A stretch of 63,914 nucleotides of DNA, filler included, from Pirum gemmata (taxonomy: Eukaryota), in NCBI GenBank assembly GCA_002812295.1. It is 16 parts of 16 records of this genome, joined end to end, with 100 filler letters (N's around TTAATTAATTAA, not from the genome) between each part and the next. Parts side by side here need not be neighbours in the genome. Positions count along the whole stretch, not along the records: positions 25,587 to 29,219 come from PDIN01002190.1; positions 29,320 to 32,945 come from PDIN01002191.1; positions 33,046 to 36,673 come from PDIN01002192.1; positions 36,774 to 40,421 come from PDIN01002193.1; 12 more parts are not named here. The stretch is one strand, 5' to 3'. Made by a program: the position numbers and the translations under genes. Below are positions 25,721 through 37,016 of the stretch, one piece after another (positions within the stretch are counted from its first letter, which is position 1; the number at the start of each line of letters is the position of its first letter). The notes under the pieces were generated by a model. It was not told the origin of the DNA. It did no database searches and saw nothing but the letters and a program-made list of their open reading frames with translations.

Positions 25721-26485
25721 TTGTACCATTCTTCAACACAAAATTTAAACAAGGAATTCTACAACATCAACGGATTACCTTGTGCCTCTGATGGACAGAT
25801 GTTCTACTACAGATTACCTGATAGGTCCGTACGTAAGGGATCTATCCCATTACTCACACCTCTATGTAGCGAGTTTGCTGTAGGGGAATCCCGCAGTTTT
25901 GATAATTACTGGGCTGAGGGAGTTCCTGTTGAACAGTTAGCTGAGTGGTCCAACACGTTGGACACTAGTACGCCGCTCCAAGAACTGACTGAGTGTAAGC
26001 GGGATAGGTTTGATGTCAATACTCCAAATGGGATGGCTCGAGTCTACTATCGACATACAGGTCCGGTACGTACAATCAACATAGATCAGATCTATGAACT
26101 TGTCCAGACAAGCACTAACCTGGATCTTAAGGTGCCACTACCAACTCATTGGGACTTCGTTGTCTCAGCTGATGACTATTGCCAAACCCTGGTGCCAATT
26201 CTACTTCTAATTGCAGGAGCCTACCAACATTTACCCCTGCACGCGGCTATATTGCAGGTAACTGATGACCAACCACTGCTACTGGTCGAGAGGGGTGGCT
26301 TACATCCTTTGATGCAAGTCATTCTTTATCACACTGACGGGTACCAAGTACACTCCATACAACCTATCAAGGCCGTAGACGGCGTATTTCTTCAAGGCCA
26401 CTATGACGGGTTGCCACGCACAACATTCCAAAATGATGTTTTAGCAGGCGGGTTGGCTCACGTGCGTAAGCCAACAAAAAAATAA
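25721..26485 (+). CDS. Uncharacterised ORF (no ATG start; possibly an exon or a mobile-element/foreign fragment)
   Basis: 254 open codons, markedly GC-richer than host flanks, with no motif recognised. The last ~30 codons run into a repeat. Confidence 0.45.
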   Translation: MYHSSTQNLNKEFYNINGLPCASDGQMFYYRLPDRSVRKGSIPLLTPLCSEFAVGESRSFDNYWAEGVPVEQLAEWSNTLDTSTPLQELTECKRDRFDVNTPNGMARVYYRHTGPVRTINIDQIYELVQTSTNLDLKVPLPTHWDFVVSADDYCQTLVPILLLIAGAYQHLPLHAAILQVTDDQPLLLVERGGLHPLMQVILYHTDGYQVHSIQPIKAVDGVFLQGHYDGLPRTTFQNDVLAGGLAHVRKPTKK

Positions 26486-26501
26486 ATTCACAATTGAATT
26501 A
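26396..26501 (+). repeat. ~105-bp direct repeat, second copy at 28020-28136
   Basis: GGCCACTATGA..GGTTGCCACGCACAACATTCCAAAATGATGTTTTAGCAGGCGGGTTGGCTCA..AGCCAACAAAAAAATAAATTCACAATTGAATTA in both copies. Confidence 0.9.
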
Positions 26502-28019
26502 GGGAGCATTCAATAATCACGTAACGCTAATTTGGGGCAAAAACCTACCCTACTACCCCCAATGTAACGTATGAGAAGGACTACCCGCCCCTTATGACGT
26601 AACGATTTGGAAAAAATAGTATTTTAATACCCTAAATTATACTCGAAAAAAGCTCAAAAAAACGAAAAAAACTAAGTAAAAGAACAAAAAGTTCATACTT
26701 AAGTTTATTTTAGCTTTATTGTACCATTTCTTTTAGTATTTAACAATATGTCATATTAAAAACGTTATCCACAATCGTATTCTTTTATCAAAATACCTTT
26801 TATATATACAATATCATTTGCTTTATATTTTACAATAAATAATGAACAACTCGAACCAATAAGTTATTCCCAAGTCCAATGATCCCGGGGCACGTCCATA
26901 TTCAACGTCCAGAAGTTTTCAAGAGTGTTATAATAATGTTAACGAAATCAGGAATAGATTCACATCCAGCAATTTCCTTTGCTGCTTCATTATTCAGTCT
27001 ATCGGCTTTTCTTTGCTTTCTTCTTTCTTTAATCGCTTTCCTCATATCGTCCATCGATTTCCGTGGCACCAACAGAAAAGGAACCAAAGCAGACGCCATA
27101 CCATAAGTACAATAAGCTTCTCTATCATCTCTGTGGTTACGTTCTCTTATAGCAACAAATTTAGTTGCACTTGTAAAGCTAGGGTCGAAATCATGGAAAT
27201 AGTCTGTAAGTGTTTCTTTTTCGGTTTCGTTAATTGTAGCCAATACCTCATCAGTACTTACATTTTCACTGATTCTATGACAAGCAGCTTTATGTTTAGC
27301 CTTATTCACTATTGAAGTAGAGTAGTAACCACAAGTTTCACAAGTTATATTATGAAGTGTTCTTAATGTCATACTTGGCAATTGATAATCAAATGGAGAG
27401 TTTTACATTAAAAATCCAGTTTGTTTTGAAGCTGATACTCCTTGCTACTACGCAAAATCACATTTTCGAGAAATGTCATATACTTGTTATCGTAGTTGGC
27501 CTTTTGCCCATCAACTCTCAAATCGCGTAAGCTTTCTTTTCCATCATTATTAATTCAGATAGGACTGGGAATAAAACCTTGGGGTAGAATGTCAAATAAT
27601 TTATTACCACGAATTTCTTTACAACAGCTTGTATCTTTACACTTAACGATTTGCAACATATAATGGCTTTGAACTACATGTTTCGCTCTCCATTCAAAAT
27701 CGTTTAACTCAGGAAATTCTTCTCGCAACATTTTCTCATGCTTGTCTTGATCATCCGGAATAGGACAAAACCTAGCACTAATTTTATAACCAGCAATTTT
27801 TTCACCATCCCAAATATCAACCAGGGATTTGGCAGCATGTTTAAAGTTATCTTTTTCTAACTCAACATTAACAGTTTCACCTTGAGAATTCAAAAGATTG
27901 CCGTGATAGTCGTGAGCTAACAGTACACCTGACATGAGCTTTGATAATGGGGTAATTCTAACAATAGTAACGATTATGATATTTTGATCAAAATACAATA
28001 ATAATAATAATAATAATAA
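26502..28019 (-). mobile_element. Truncated, decayed Zator DNA transposon (one TIR plus C-terminal half of the transposase)
   Basis: TTA|GGGAGCATTCAATAATCACGTAACG terminus. Minus strand gives PLSKLMSGVLLAHDYHG..VELEKDNF..WRAKHVVQSHYMLQIVKCKDTSCC..FIPSP and PFDYQLPSM..CETCGYYSTS..H, a motif series I recognise from Zator transposases. Confidence 0.75.
26902..27957 (-). pseudogene. Zator transposase pseudogene, C-terminal half
   Basis: In-frame TGA at 27555-27557 and a frameshift near 27400 separate ORFs 27555..28043 and 26902..27381. Confidence 0.7.
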
Positions 28020-28278
28020 GGCCACTATGAGGTTGCCACGCACAACATTCCAAAATGATGTTTTAGCAGGCGGGTTGGCTCAACTGTTGGCTCACATGCT
28101 TTAGCCAACAAAAAAATAAATTCACAATTGAATTAGCACAACAAAAAAAATGAAATAAAAACATTAAAAAAGAAGGTTAGAAAAATAGAAAATTAAATTA
28201 CCCTAGCTAGCTAACCCTAACCCAGCCCTAGCCCCAGCCCTAACCCCAACCCTAACCCTACCTAGCCCTACCTAGCTA

Positions 28279-28802
28279 GTAGGGTGGTTTATGATCGCTA
28301 TAAGTCGATGCAAGCTGATGCAAGGTTTAACTCAATAAAAAAAATGTTATACAATATTAATACAATTATTTTTTATTTGATTATTATTTTATTATTTTTC
28401 AATGCTTTTGATAGGTAGAATACTGCCTAGCTAGTAGAGTGTATATTGATAGTTAGACTACTACCTAGGGTGGGTGGATATTGATAGGTATCATAGAATA
28501 TCGATACTACCTAGCTAGTAGGATGTATATTGATAGTTAGACTACTATGATACCTAGGGTGGATATACTAAGTATATACTACCTAGCTAGTGTAGGGTGT
28601 ATATTGATAGTTAGACTACTACCGATATCATAGTTATACTACTATAGCTAGGAGGGTGGTTTATGATCGCTATAAGACGATGCAAGGTTGATGCAAGGTT
28701 TTTTTTAAAAAATACTAGCTAGTACTCCATAAAAAAAATGTTATACAATACAATTATTTTTTATTTTATTATTATTTTATTATTTTTCAATGCTTTTGAT
28801 AG
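28279..28802. repeat. Local duplications interleaved with (TAGC)-mosaic sequence
   Basis: AGGGTGGTTTATGATCGCTATAAG..GATGCAAGGTTT..AATGCTTTTGATAG occurs twice (~28281, ~28653). GTATATTGATAGTTAGACTACTA occurs three times. Confidence 0.75.
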
Positions 28803-29009
28803 TTAGACTACTTACTGACGAGCTAGTAAGGTGGATATTGATATGGTGGGGGATCGAACCCCCAGTTCACCAAGCCGTATCTCGACCCCCAGGCATGCTA
28901 TGAAAATTTTGAGACCGTGAATGGATAGATTTTAACAAACCAAATCTCCCTACTGACTTATATGTTTATATAATATACAATAATATTATGTGTGCGAGTG
29001 TGTGTGTGT

Positions 29010-29058
<49 letters not shown>

Positions 29059-29400
29059 TGTAATGTATAGTACTATAAAAATAGTGAGAAAAGCAGCAGC
29101 ATAAACAATAACGCTAACCCCAACCCCAACCCCAGCCCAACATCCAGCACAGCAACTCCAGCATCCAACACCAACACACACCAAACACCAACCCGTACAC
29201 CACCGCCTAATAATAATAANNNNNNNNNNNNNNNNNNNNNNNNNNNNNNNNNNNNNNNNNNNNTTAATTAATTAANNNNNNNNNNNNNNNNNNNNNNNNN
29301 NNNNNNNNNNNNNNNNNNNTTATTCTTATTATTATTATTATTATTATTATATTAATCTTTAGTTCATTGCCGCTTTGTTTTATTTAAATAATTAAAACAG

Positions 29401-30480
29401 TGTCCTATGCTAATGTTAAACCAAGTGTTTTGCAAGTAGAAATGCATCCGTACAACACACAACAAAAGCTTTTAAAGTATTGTGAATCTGAAAATATCGC
29501 GGTAACAGCATTTAGCAATCTTGGAGCAGGTTTTTATTATTATTATGATTTTGTGACTTTTTTTTGTTTTTCGTTTTGTTTTCGTTGTTCTGATATTGCA
29601 TCTTTTATTTTAATTACCTTTTAAGGTTAATTCTCAAGGTTTCTAATATCTATATTTTCTTAGAGCAGCTTTTGTTACGTTTTTGTTTTGGTTTGTTTAT
29701 TCTGGTGTTGTATCTTTCTTTTTGATTATTGTTAAACATGTCAATTATATATATATATATTGGCGATCCTCAGCCTTTCTTTGTTACATAAAAATCGCAT
29801 CGAAAATTTAAAACTAAATGATTAACGTTTCAATGGGATTTCCAAAGGTTCTTACATCGAATTAGGCATGGCCACCATTGAAGAAAGTTGTTTAAAAGAA
29901 AAAATCGTAAATGAAATAGCCGTAAGGTTAAACAAAACTGCCGCGCAAATTGTGTTGAGATGGGCTGCACAACGAGGAACTGCAATTATTCCAAAGTCAA
30001 CTAAAATAGAGCGGTATTGTTACCCATTTCTTCGCTCATTACTTGCGTTCAATTCCTATTTTCTATTCCTCTATCCATTTTGAATTTATTTTACATATCT
30101 TACTGTGTTCGTTTTTTAGAATATTGCATATATGTATATATATACCCAGATGTGGGCTTTTTGGTATATATATATGCCGGCAATTAAATTCTGTATATTA
30201 AAAAAATAATAGTCATTATTACTATTACTATTAATAATTATTGTTTATTATTATATTGTCATATAATTGTTTTTTTTATTATTATTATTATCATGGCTGT
30301 GACTATAATTACGAATATGCCTATTTTTATAATTAGCAGTAAATCAATAATTAAATTAAATTTGAATTGACTGGCGAAGATATGACAAACATCGAAAAGT
30401 TAAACAAAAATCGCAGATATAATGACCCTGGAGTATTTTGTGAATTGGCCTTCTCAACATTTTGCCCTATCTACGAATAA
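29401..30480 (+). CDS. Aldo-keto reductase (xylose/mannose-6P reductase-like), 3' exons; last splice junction disrupted
   Basis: Exon 29401-29529 ([29 protein letters not shown]), exon 29848-30013 ([27 protein letters not shown]) and segment 30361-30480 ([27 protein letters not shown]). Confidence 0.88.
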
Positions 30481-31782
30481 GTTTATTTCTCATTCATAAG
30501 GTGTACAGCTTATCAAATCATGTTTTAAAAATACTTGTTTTTGAGAGTTGAAATTGTGTAAATCGAATATTTTTTTTGTTTGTTTGTTTAATTTTTATTT
30601 GATTGAAAAGATCTTCTGTTCCTCTTTTTTTCCTTTTTTTCTGATCGTTTTGACTTACAGGAAAACACAAATATTGTAAATGGAAAAAAATAATATTGAA
30701 ATTACACAAAACGTAAAATAAATTGTCATCACTGTTTAAAGAGATATAGAAAATTGTAAAATTTTAATTTAGTATTTTATTTTAAGAGCATTTTCATTCT
30801 CTTTGTTCTTTATAATATTGATAAATCTATTTTTTTAAAATTAAAAATTCGATTAACGAAATAAAAACCACTGTTGGTGTACGATATATACAAACTCGCT
30901 ACTGCCATCACAAAAAGATTTAGAAAAAAAATCCAATTGTAACTTTTTATTTTATTTTCATCAAAGCTTTGATTAGCGAAAAAAGAAACCAATAGTGTTG
31001 GTAAAATCTTCGGAATGTACTGTAATAATAATAAAAATTGCAAAACCTCGATATTACCAACACGGACGATTGAAAAAACCAGAAAGATCGATATATAGCA
31101 CAAAATAACGATGGCATTTTTATATTAATTTCTTCAGTTACTTCATCTTCTTTTTCTTTACTTTGCTTCACTTTTTTTTTGTCGTCCAATCAAAAAAATA
31201 TGTTTTTAAAATCCATAAAGAAAAAAGAAAAAAGTGTAATAGGAGCAAAATAATATGGAAAAATCAAAAGGATCGCTATACGATATAGCAAACAACGGCT
31301 GTGTTTTTATATCATTTTTATTTCCTTACTTCCATCTTTTTTTTTTTTTTTTTTATTTTTTTTTTTTTTATCTTTTTTTTTTTTTTTTAACATTCAATAA
31401 AAAAAACACGTTTTTAAAAACCATTTTCAAGAAAGAGAAATGAAAAAAGTAAAGCAGAAGCAAAAATAATCTGAAAAAATCAAAAATTCTCTATGACAAA
31501 GAATAACGAATGTTTTTATATCAGTTTCTTACGTTACCTCATCTTTTTCTTTCCTTTGCTTCATTTTTTTCTTTTTTTGTCATTCTGTTGTGTCATTCTA
31601 TCAAATATATATTAAAAATTTCTTTGAAAAAACAGAAGAATCAATTTCTTATGTTACTTATCTTCATTTTCTTTACTTAGCTTCCCTTAATTTTTTTTTT
31701 GTTATTAAACCAAAAAAACATGTTCTTAAAAACCGTTTTCAAAAATTAGAAAAGAAAAAAAGGAAACTAGGAGCAAAATAAT

Positions 31783-31826
<44 letters not shown>

Positions 31827-31848
31827 AAAAAAAAACAAAAAAAAAAAA

Positions 31849-32793
31849 TCACAAAAATTGATCAAAATTATTGGCCATCTTGTGAATGCTATTTAATTTA
31901 TCCTCGATAGTACCCATACTTTCTATTGTCTTATCTATATCAAAATCCAATTCAGACAAAATGCTCCAACGATCACCGACATCTAGCGAATTTGCTAATT
32001 CGTTTTTTTTTCTTGAAATTTGTTGCAAAGAAGTTTTATCTGCATTTTCAGCAGTGTGTGTTTGAGAAACGCTAGTTGGACAAGGTAGAAGAGGATGTGG
32101 AACTGGGGGAACTGGAGATGGCTGTCCAGCCACCACACTACTTATGCTACTTCCTTTACTATAAGTGTCTACCGTCAATAGCTCTTTCAGTACACCATCA
32201 TAATTAGGAATATTTTTAGCATTTGTGCGAATTTCGTTACAAATATTGTTGCTACCGGTCTGGTTCGCTGTTTTATAATTCACACCAACGGACGTGGCAT
32301 TTTCAATATTTTCATTGTTTTTATTTTTCTTAACATTATTAGTGTGATTATCATTATAATCATCATAGTCAGTTTGGTTGTTAGTTTTACTATCAACAAC
32401 ATCAGTACTGTTAGCATTACTTTCCCTTCTACTACCATTTAGTATATAGTTGTTACTACTACTTCTTCTACTAGTGTTATTTCCACTGCTTCTTCTGCTA
32501 CTAGTGTTACTTCTTCTACTTGAAGTATTCTCGCTACTTCTTTTTGTGGCATTTCGACTAATTATATCATCATAATCATCGTCTTGGGAATAGCATTCAT
32601 TAATTGCAAAGGTTGTGGTGTATTTGTGACTTTCGCAGTCAGTGACTGTACTTTGTTTCACGTGGTCTTTCTTCAGTTTATCGCGGCTAAACGTAAGTTT
32701 TCTTTTTAACGAGAGACTAAACTTTTTCTGACTCTTAATATTAATAATATTATCAGTATTACTGTCAGTATCAGTATTATTGGAACTAGCGTG

Positions 32794-32831
<38 letters not shown>

Positions 32832-32943
32832 GACTATCAACATCATTGACATAGCGCTGTCTATTGTTATTATTACTTCTGCTACTACCACTATTGTTAT
32901 TGTCATTATTAAATTTGTTACTATTATCATTATCATTATCATT
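31849..32943 (-). CDS. 3' part of an Asn/Ser-rich low-complexity protein (5' truncated)
   Basis: The frame of ORF 31849..32661 stays open upstream through poly-Asn to the contig edge. Its C-terminus looks helical (ELDFDIDKTIESMGTIEDKLNSIHKM). Confidence 0.7.
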
Positions 32944-33045
32944 ATNNNNNNNNNNNNNNNNNNNNNNNNNNNNNNNNNNNNNNNNNNNNTTAATTAATTA
33001 ANNNNNNNNNNNNNNNNNNNNNNNNNNNNNNNNNNNNNNNNNNNN

Positions 33046-33498
33046 GAAGTGTATTTAGTTGCATATACAGGTAAACTCCCTAACCCCTTGAGCCTTATTG
33101 ACCTAACCCTAACCCCTTGAGCCTTATTGACCTAACCCTAACCCTAACCCTAACCCTAACCCTAACCTTAACCCTAACCTTAACCCTAACCTTAACCCTA
33201 ACCTTAACCCTAACCTTAACTCTAACCCTAACCCTAAACCTAACCCTAACCCTAACCTTTACCTTAACCTTAACCTTAACCTTAACCTTAACCTTAACCT
33301 TAAGCTTAAGCTTAACCTTAAGCTAACCTTAACCTTAACCCAAACCCAAACCCAAACCCAAACCCACACCCAAATTATAACCCTAACCCAAACCCAAATT
33401 CTAATCCTAACCCAAACCCAAATTCTAATACAGCGACAGAACAAGACACTTTGATTGATGCCTTTGATAAATGGGAAGCGGAAATAAAAGATGTTTAA
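33046..33498 (+). CDS. Last two exons of an unknown gene (33046-33070, 33434-33498)
   Basis: ACAG|GTAAAC donor and ATACAG| acceptor join in frame to give [29 protein letters not shown]. Confidence 0.55.
33101..33420 (-). repeat. Interstitial telomere-like array (TAACCC/TAACCT/AAACCC variants)
   Basis: About 50 hexamers drifting from TAACCC to TAACCT to AAACCC. Confidence 0.9.
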
Positions 33499-34110
33499 AA
33501 AATATATTCTTTATTTGTTAACTCTGATTCCCAAATCAGGAAAGTTAATTTCTATATTTATTTAAAACACTGAATATGGTAATGTTACTGCAGGATCAGG
33601 GTTAGGGGTTAGGGACGTAGGGTTAGGGTTTTAATAACATAGGGAATAGTAGATATTGCGTTAAAATAGTTTGTTTTGATGTTTAAAATAGATTCTTTAT
33701 TTGTTAACTCTGATTACCAAATTAGGAAAGTTACTTTCTATATTTATGCAAACACTAAGTGTGGTAATATTACTACAAAAAACACAAAAACGTCATAATA
33801 GTTTGTTTTGATCCTTTATTTGTTAATCTGATTTCCAAATAAATAAAACTACTTTCTATATTTATTAAAAAACACTACCATGGTAGTATTAGACTACTAC
33901 AAAGTACAAACCCCACAAGGGAAGGAAAAGTAAATATTGCGTCATAATAGTTTGTTTTGATGTTTAAATAGATTCTTTATTTGTTAATATGATTCCCAAA
34001 TAAGGAAATTTACTTCTATATTTAGTCAAAAACACTAACAGTATGGTAGTATTAGAGTACTACTAAAACCACAAGAGATGGAAAACTGGAAATAATAGTT
34101 TGTTTTATTA
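33488..34110. repeat. Diverged tandem repeat, ~4 units of 130-190 bp
   Basis: Recurring TTTATTTGTTAA..TGATT.CCAAAT..TTCTATATTTA..AACACT..TGGTA and ATAGTTTGTTTTGAT. Confidence 0.75.
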
Positions 34111-34494
34111 TTACAATATACAATTTTAATTACAAACAGAAACAAACATTACATATTGTATACATCAAAGACATCATAAGCTTTCTTTTAATAAATTTAG
34201 CATCCCCCCAGCTAGCGTTGTTGCACTTACACTCAACCCTAATCTTTAGCCTAATACCAATCCACACCCTAACACACACCTTAACCCACAAACACCTTAA
34301 CCAACACCCTTACCCTAACCCAACCCCAAACTCATACCTGAACCCGAACCCTAACTAACCCTAACTAACCTTAAGCCTAACTCTAACCTTAACCTTAACC
34401 TTAACCTTATCTTAACTCTTTTAAGCTTTTTTTAATCATTTACTGTTTATCGTTTATCACTTTTAGTTAGTTATTATTCCTTATAATTATAAAA

Positions 34495-36290
34495 GTAATT
34501 GTACAGTGGCTATTATTGGAATTTTAACATTAAGCATGTCTTATATTAATTCCAATCATCAATTACCATTTTATCATTTATAACTAAGAGTTAATATTGG
34601 TTATTGATTATAATAACTATTTAATTATAAAATATTTAGTCATTACTAATTTTAACATAATCACCAATGACACTAATAGTATAGTAGTGGTTATAAAACA
34701 TAATAATCATCAATTACCAATCATCAATTACCGTTTATCATTGATAATAACCATTTTAACATAATCACCAATCACACCATCGTTGTCATTTATAACTAAC
34801 AGTGTAGTAGTGGTTATAAAACATAATAATAATTTAATTATAACAGCTATTATTATTACTTATGTTAATCACCAATCATTAATTACCGCTTAACCATTCA
34901 ATTTCAATAAATTCGATCATTACTAATTTAACAATAATCATCAATCACACCATCTCTACCATCTATGACTGGCAGTAATATAACAGTAATTGTACAGCGG
35001 CTATTATTGAGTTTTTAACATTAAGCATGTCTTATATTAATTCCAATCATCAATTACCATTTTATCATTTATAACTAAGAGTTAGTATTGGTTATTGATT
35101 ATAATAACTATTTAATTATAAAATATTTAGTCATTACTAATTTTAATATAATCACCAATGACACTAACAGTATAGTAGTGGTTATAAAACATACTAATAA
35201 TCATCAATTACCAATCATCAATTACCGTTTATCATTGATAATAACCATTTTAACATAATCACCAATCACACCATCGTTGCCATTTATAACTAACAGTATA
35301 GTAGTGGTTATAAAACATAATAATCATTTAATTATAACAGCTATTATTCTTACTTATGTAATTATTCTTACTTATGTTAATCACCAATCATTAATTACCG
35401 CTTAACCATTTAATTTTAATAAATTCGGTCATTACTAATTTAACATAATCATCAATCACACCATCTCTACCATCTATGACTGGCAGTATAGTAGTGGTTA
35501 TAAAACATAATAATAATCATTTAATTATAACAGCTATTATTATTACTAATGTTAATACGACTAACAGTATAGTAGTGGTTATAAAACATATATATAATAA
35601 TAATCATTTAATTATAACAACTATTATTATTACTAATGTTAATTACCAATCATCAATTACCGTTTAACCATTTAATTATAATATATTCCGTCATTACTAA
35701 TTTAACATAATCACCAATCACACCATCTCTACCATCTATGACTAACAGTATAGTAGTGGTTATAAAACATAATAATCATTTAATTATAACAGCTATTATT
35801 TTTACTAATATCAATCACCAATTTACTAATATTAATTACCAATTATCAATTACCGTTTGTCATTGATCACTACTAGTATTGGTTATTAATTATAATACTA
35901 TTCAAATATAACAGCAATTTTACTATGGCTATAATTAATTTAAACCTTAATCATTACTAATATAATATTATTTATCTATCATTAATTACCATTTATCATT
36001 GATGTTGTTGTTGTAATTGTTGTTGTTGTAGTAGTGGTGGTGGTTGGTTGGTTATTGATTATAATAACCGTTTTTGATTTTAACAGAAAGTTTACTATGA
36101 CTATCATAAATGTTTTATCATTTATCATTACTAATAAACAATCAAATTGATTATAATAACCGTTTTTGATTTTAACAGAAAGTTTACTATGGCTATTATA
36201 AATGTTTTATCATTTATCATTACTAATAAACAATCAAACAATCACTATTTATCTAATATCAATTACCAATCATCAATTACCATTTACCAT
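34495..36290. repeat. Complex AT-rich satellite (~490-bp duplication plus shorter subunits)
   Basis: GTAATTGTACAG.GGCTATTATTG at 34495 and 34986. Many copies of AGTATAGTAGTGGTTATAAAACATA and CCAATCATCAATTACC. Confidence 0.85.
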
Positions 36291-36319
36291 TTTATCGGTT
36301 TTAAAAGTTGTTATATTCA

Positions 36320-36499
36320 TTATTCTTGTATTGCTTTTACTGATTGACTTGGTTGTGGAGAGGTGTTTGTTGTAATTGTTGATGTTTTGTTTTGTATGTC
36401 TTTTTCACTTTCTTCTAATAAAGGCTTTGACGTCATTGCCCCCGCTAGAACTATGTCTAAAGTTCCTAATACTTCAAACATTTTCTTTTGAAATTCGAT
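36320..36499 (-). CDS. Probable terminal exon of an unknown gene
   Basis: TTTAAACAG acceptor, then 59 open codons IEFQKKMFEVLGTLDIVLAGAMTSKPLLEE..KAIQE*. Confidence 0.45.
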   Translation of the reverse strand: MEFQKKMFEVLGTLDIVLAGAMTSKPLLEESEKDIQNKTSTITTNTSPQPSQSVKAIQE

Positions 36500-36530
36500 C
36501 TGTTTAAAAAAATAAATATTATTGTGGTTA

Positions 36531-36561
<31 letters not shown>

Positions 36562-37016
36562 ATCAGTTGTATAATTATTATTATTATAATCATCATTATT
36601 ACCATTATCATTGTTATTATTATTATTATTATTATCATTATTATTATCATTATTATTATTATTATCATTATCANNNNNNNNNNNNNNNNNNNNNNNNNNN
36701 NNNNNNNNNNNNNNNNNTTAATTAATTAANNNNNNNNNNNNNNNNNNNNNNNNNNNNNNNNNNNNNNNNNNNNTAATAATAATAATAATAAAAATGATAA
36801 AAATGAAAACAATGATGATATTCCTATTTGCTTTGTTTAATTTTTGTTTTAATTTAATATATTTTATATTTGATACGTATATACATTTTATTATTTATTT
36901 GTTATATTTTATTTTTTATTTGATAGATGTTATTAACTTTTTTTGCTATATTTTATTATCAGTTTGATATATTTTATTAATTGCTGTTTTTTTAATATAA
37001 TATATAGAATAAAAGA

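Noticed and set aside
26902..30480. Alternative genetic code (TAA/TGA read-through) suggested by in-frame stops
   Set aside because: The stops occur in decayed TEs or broken junctions, while intact genes end in TAA at the expected C-termini.
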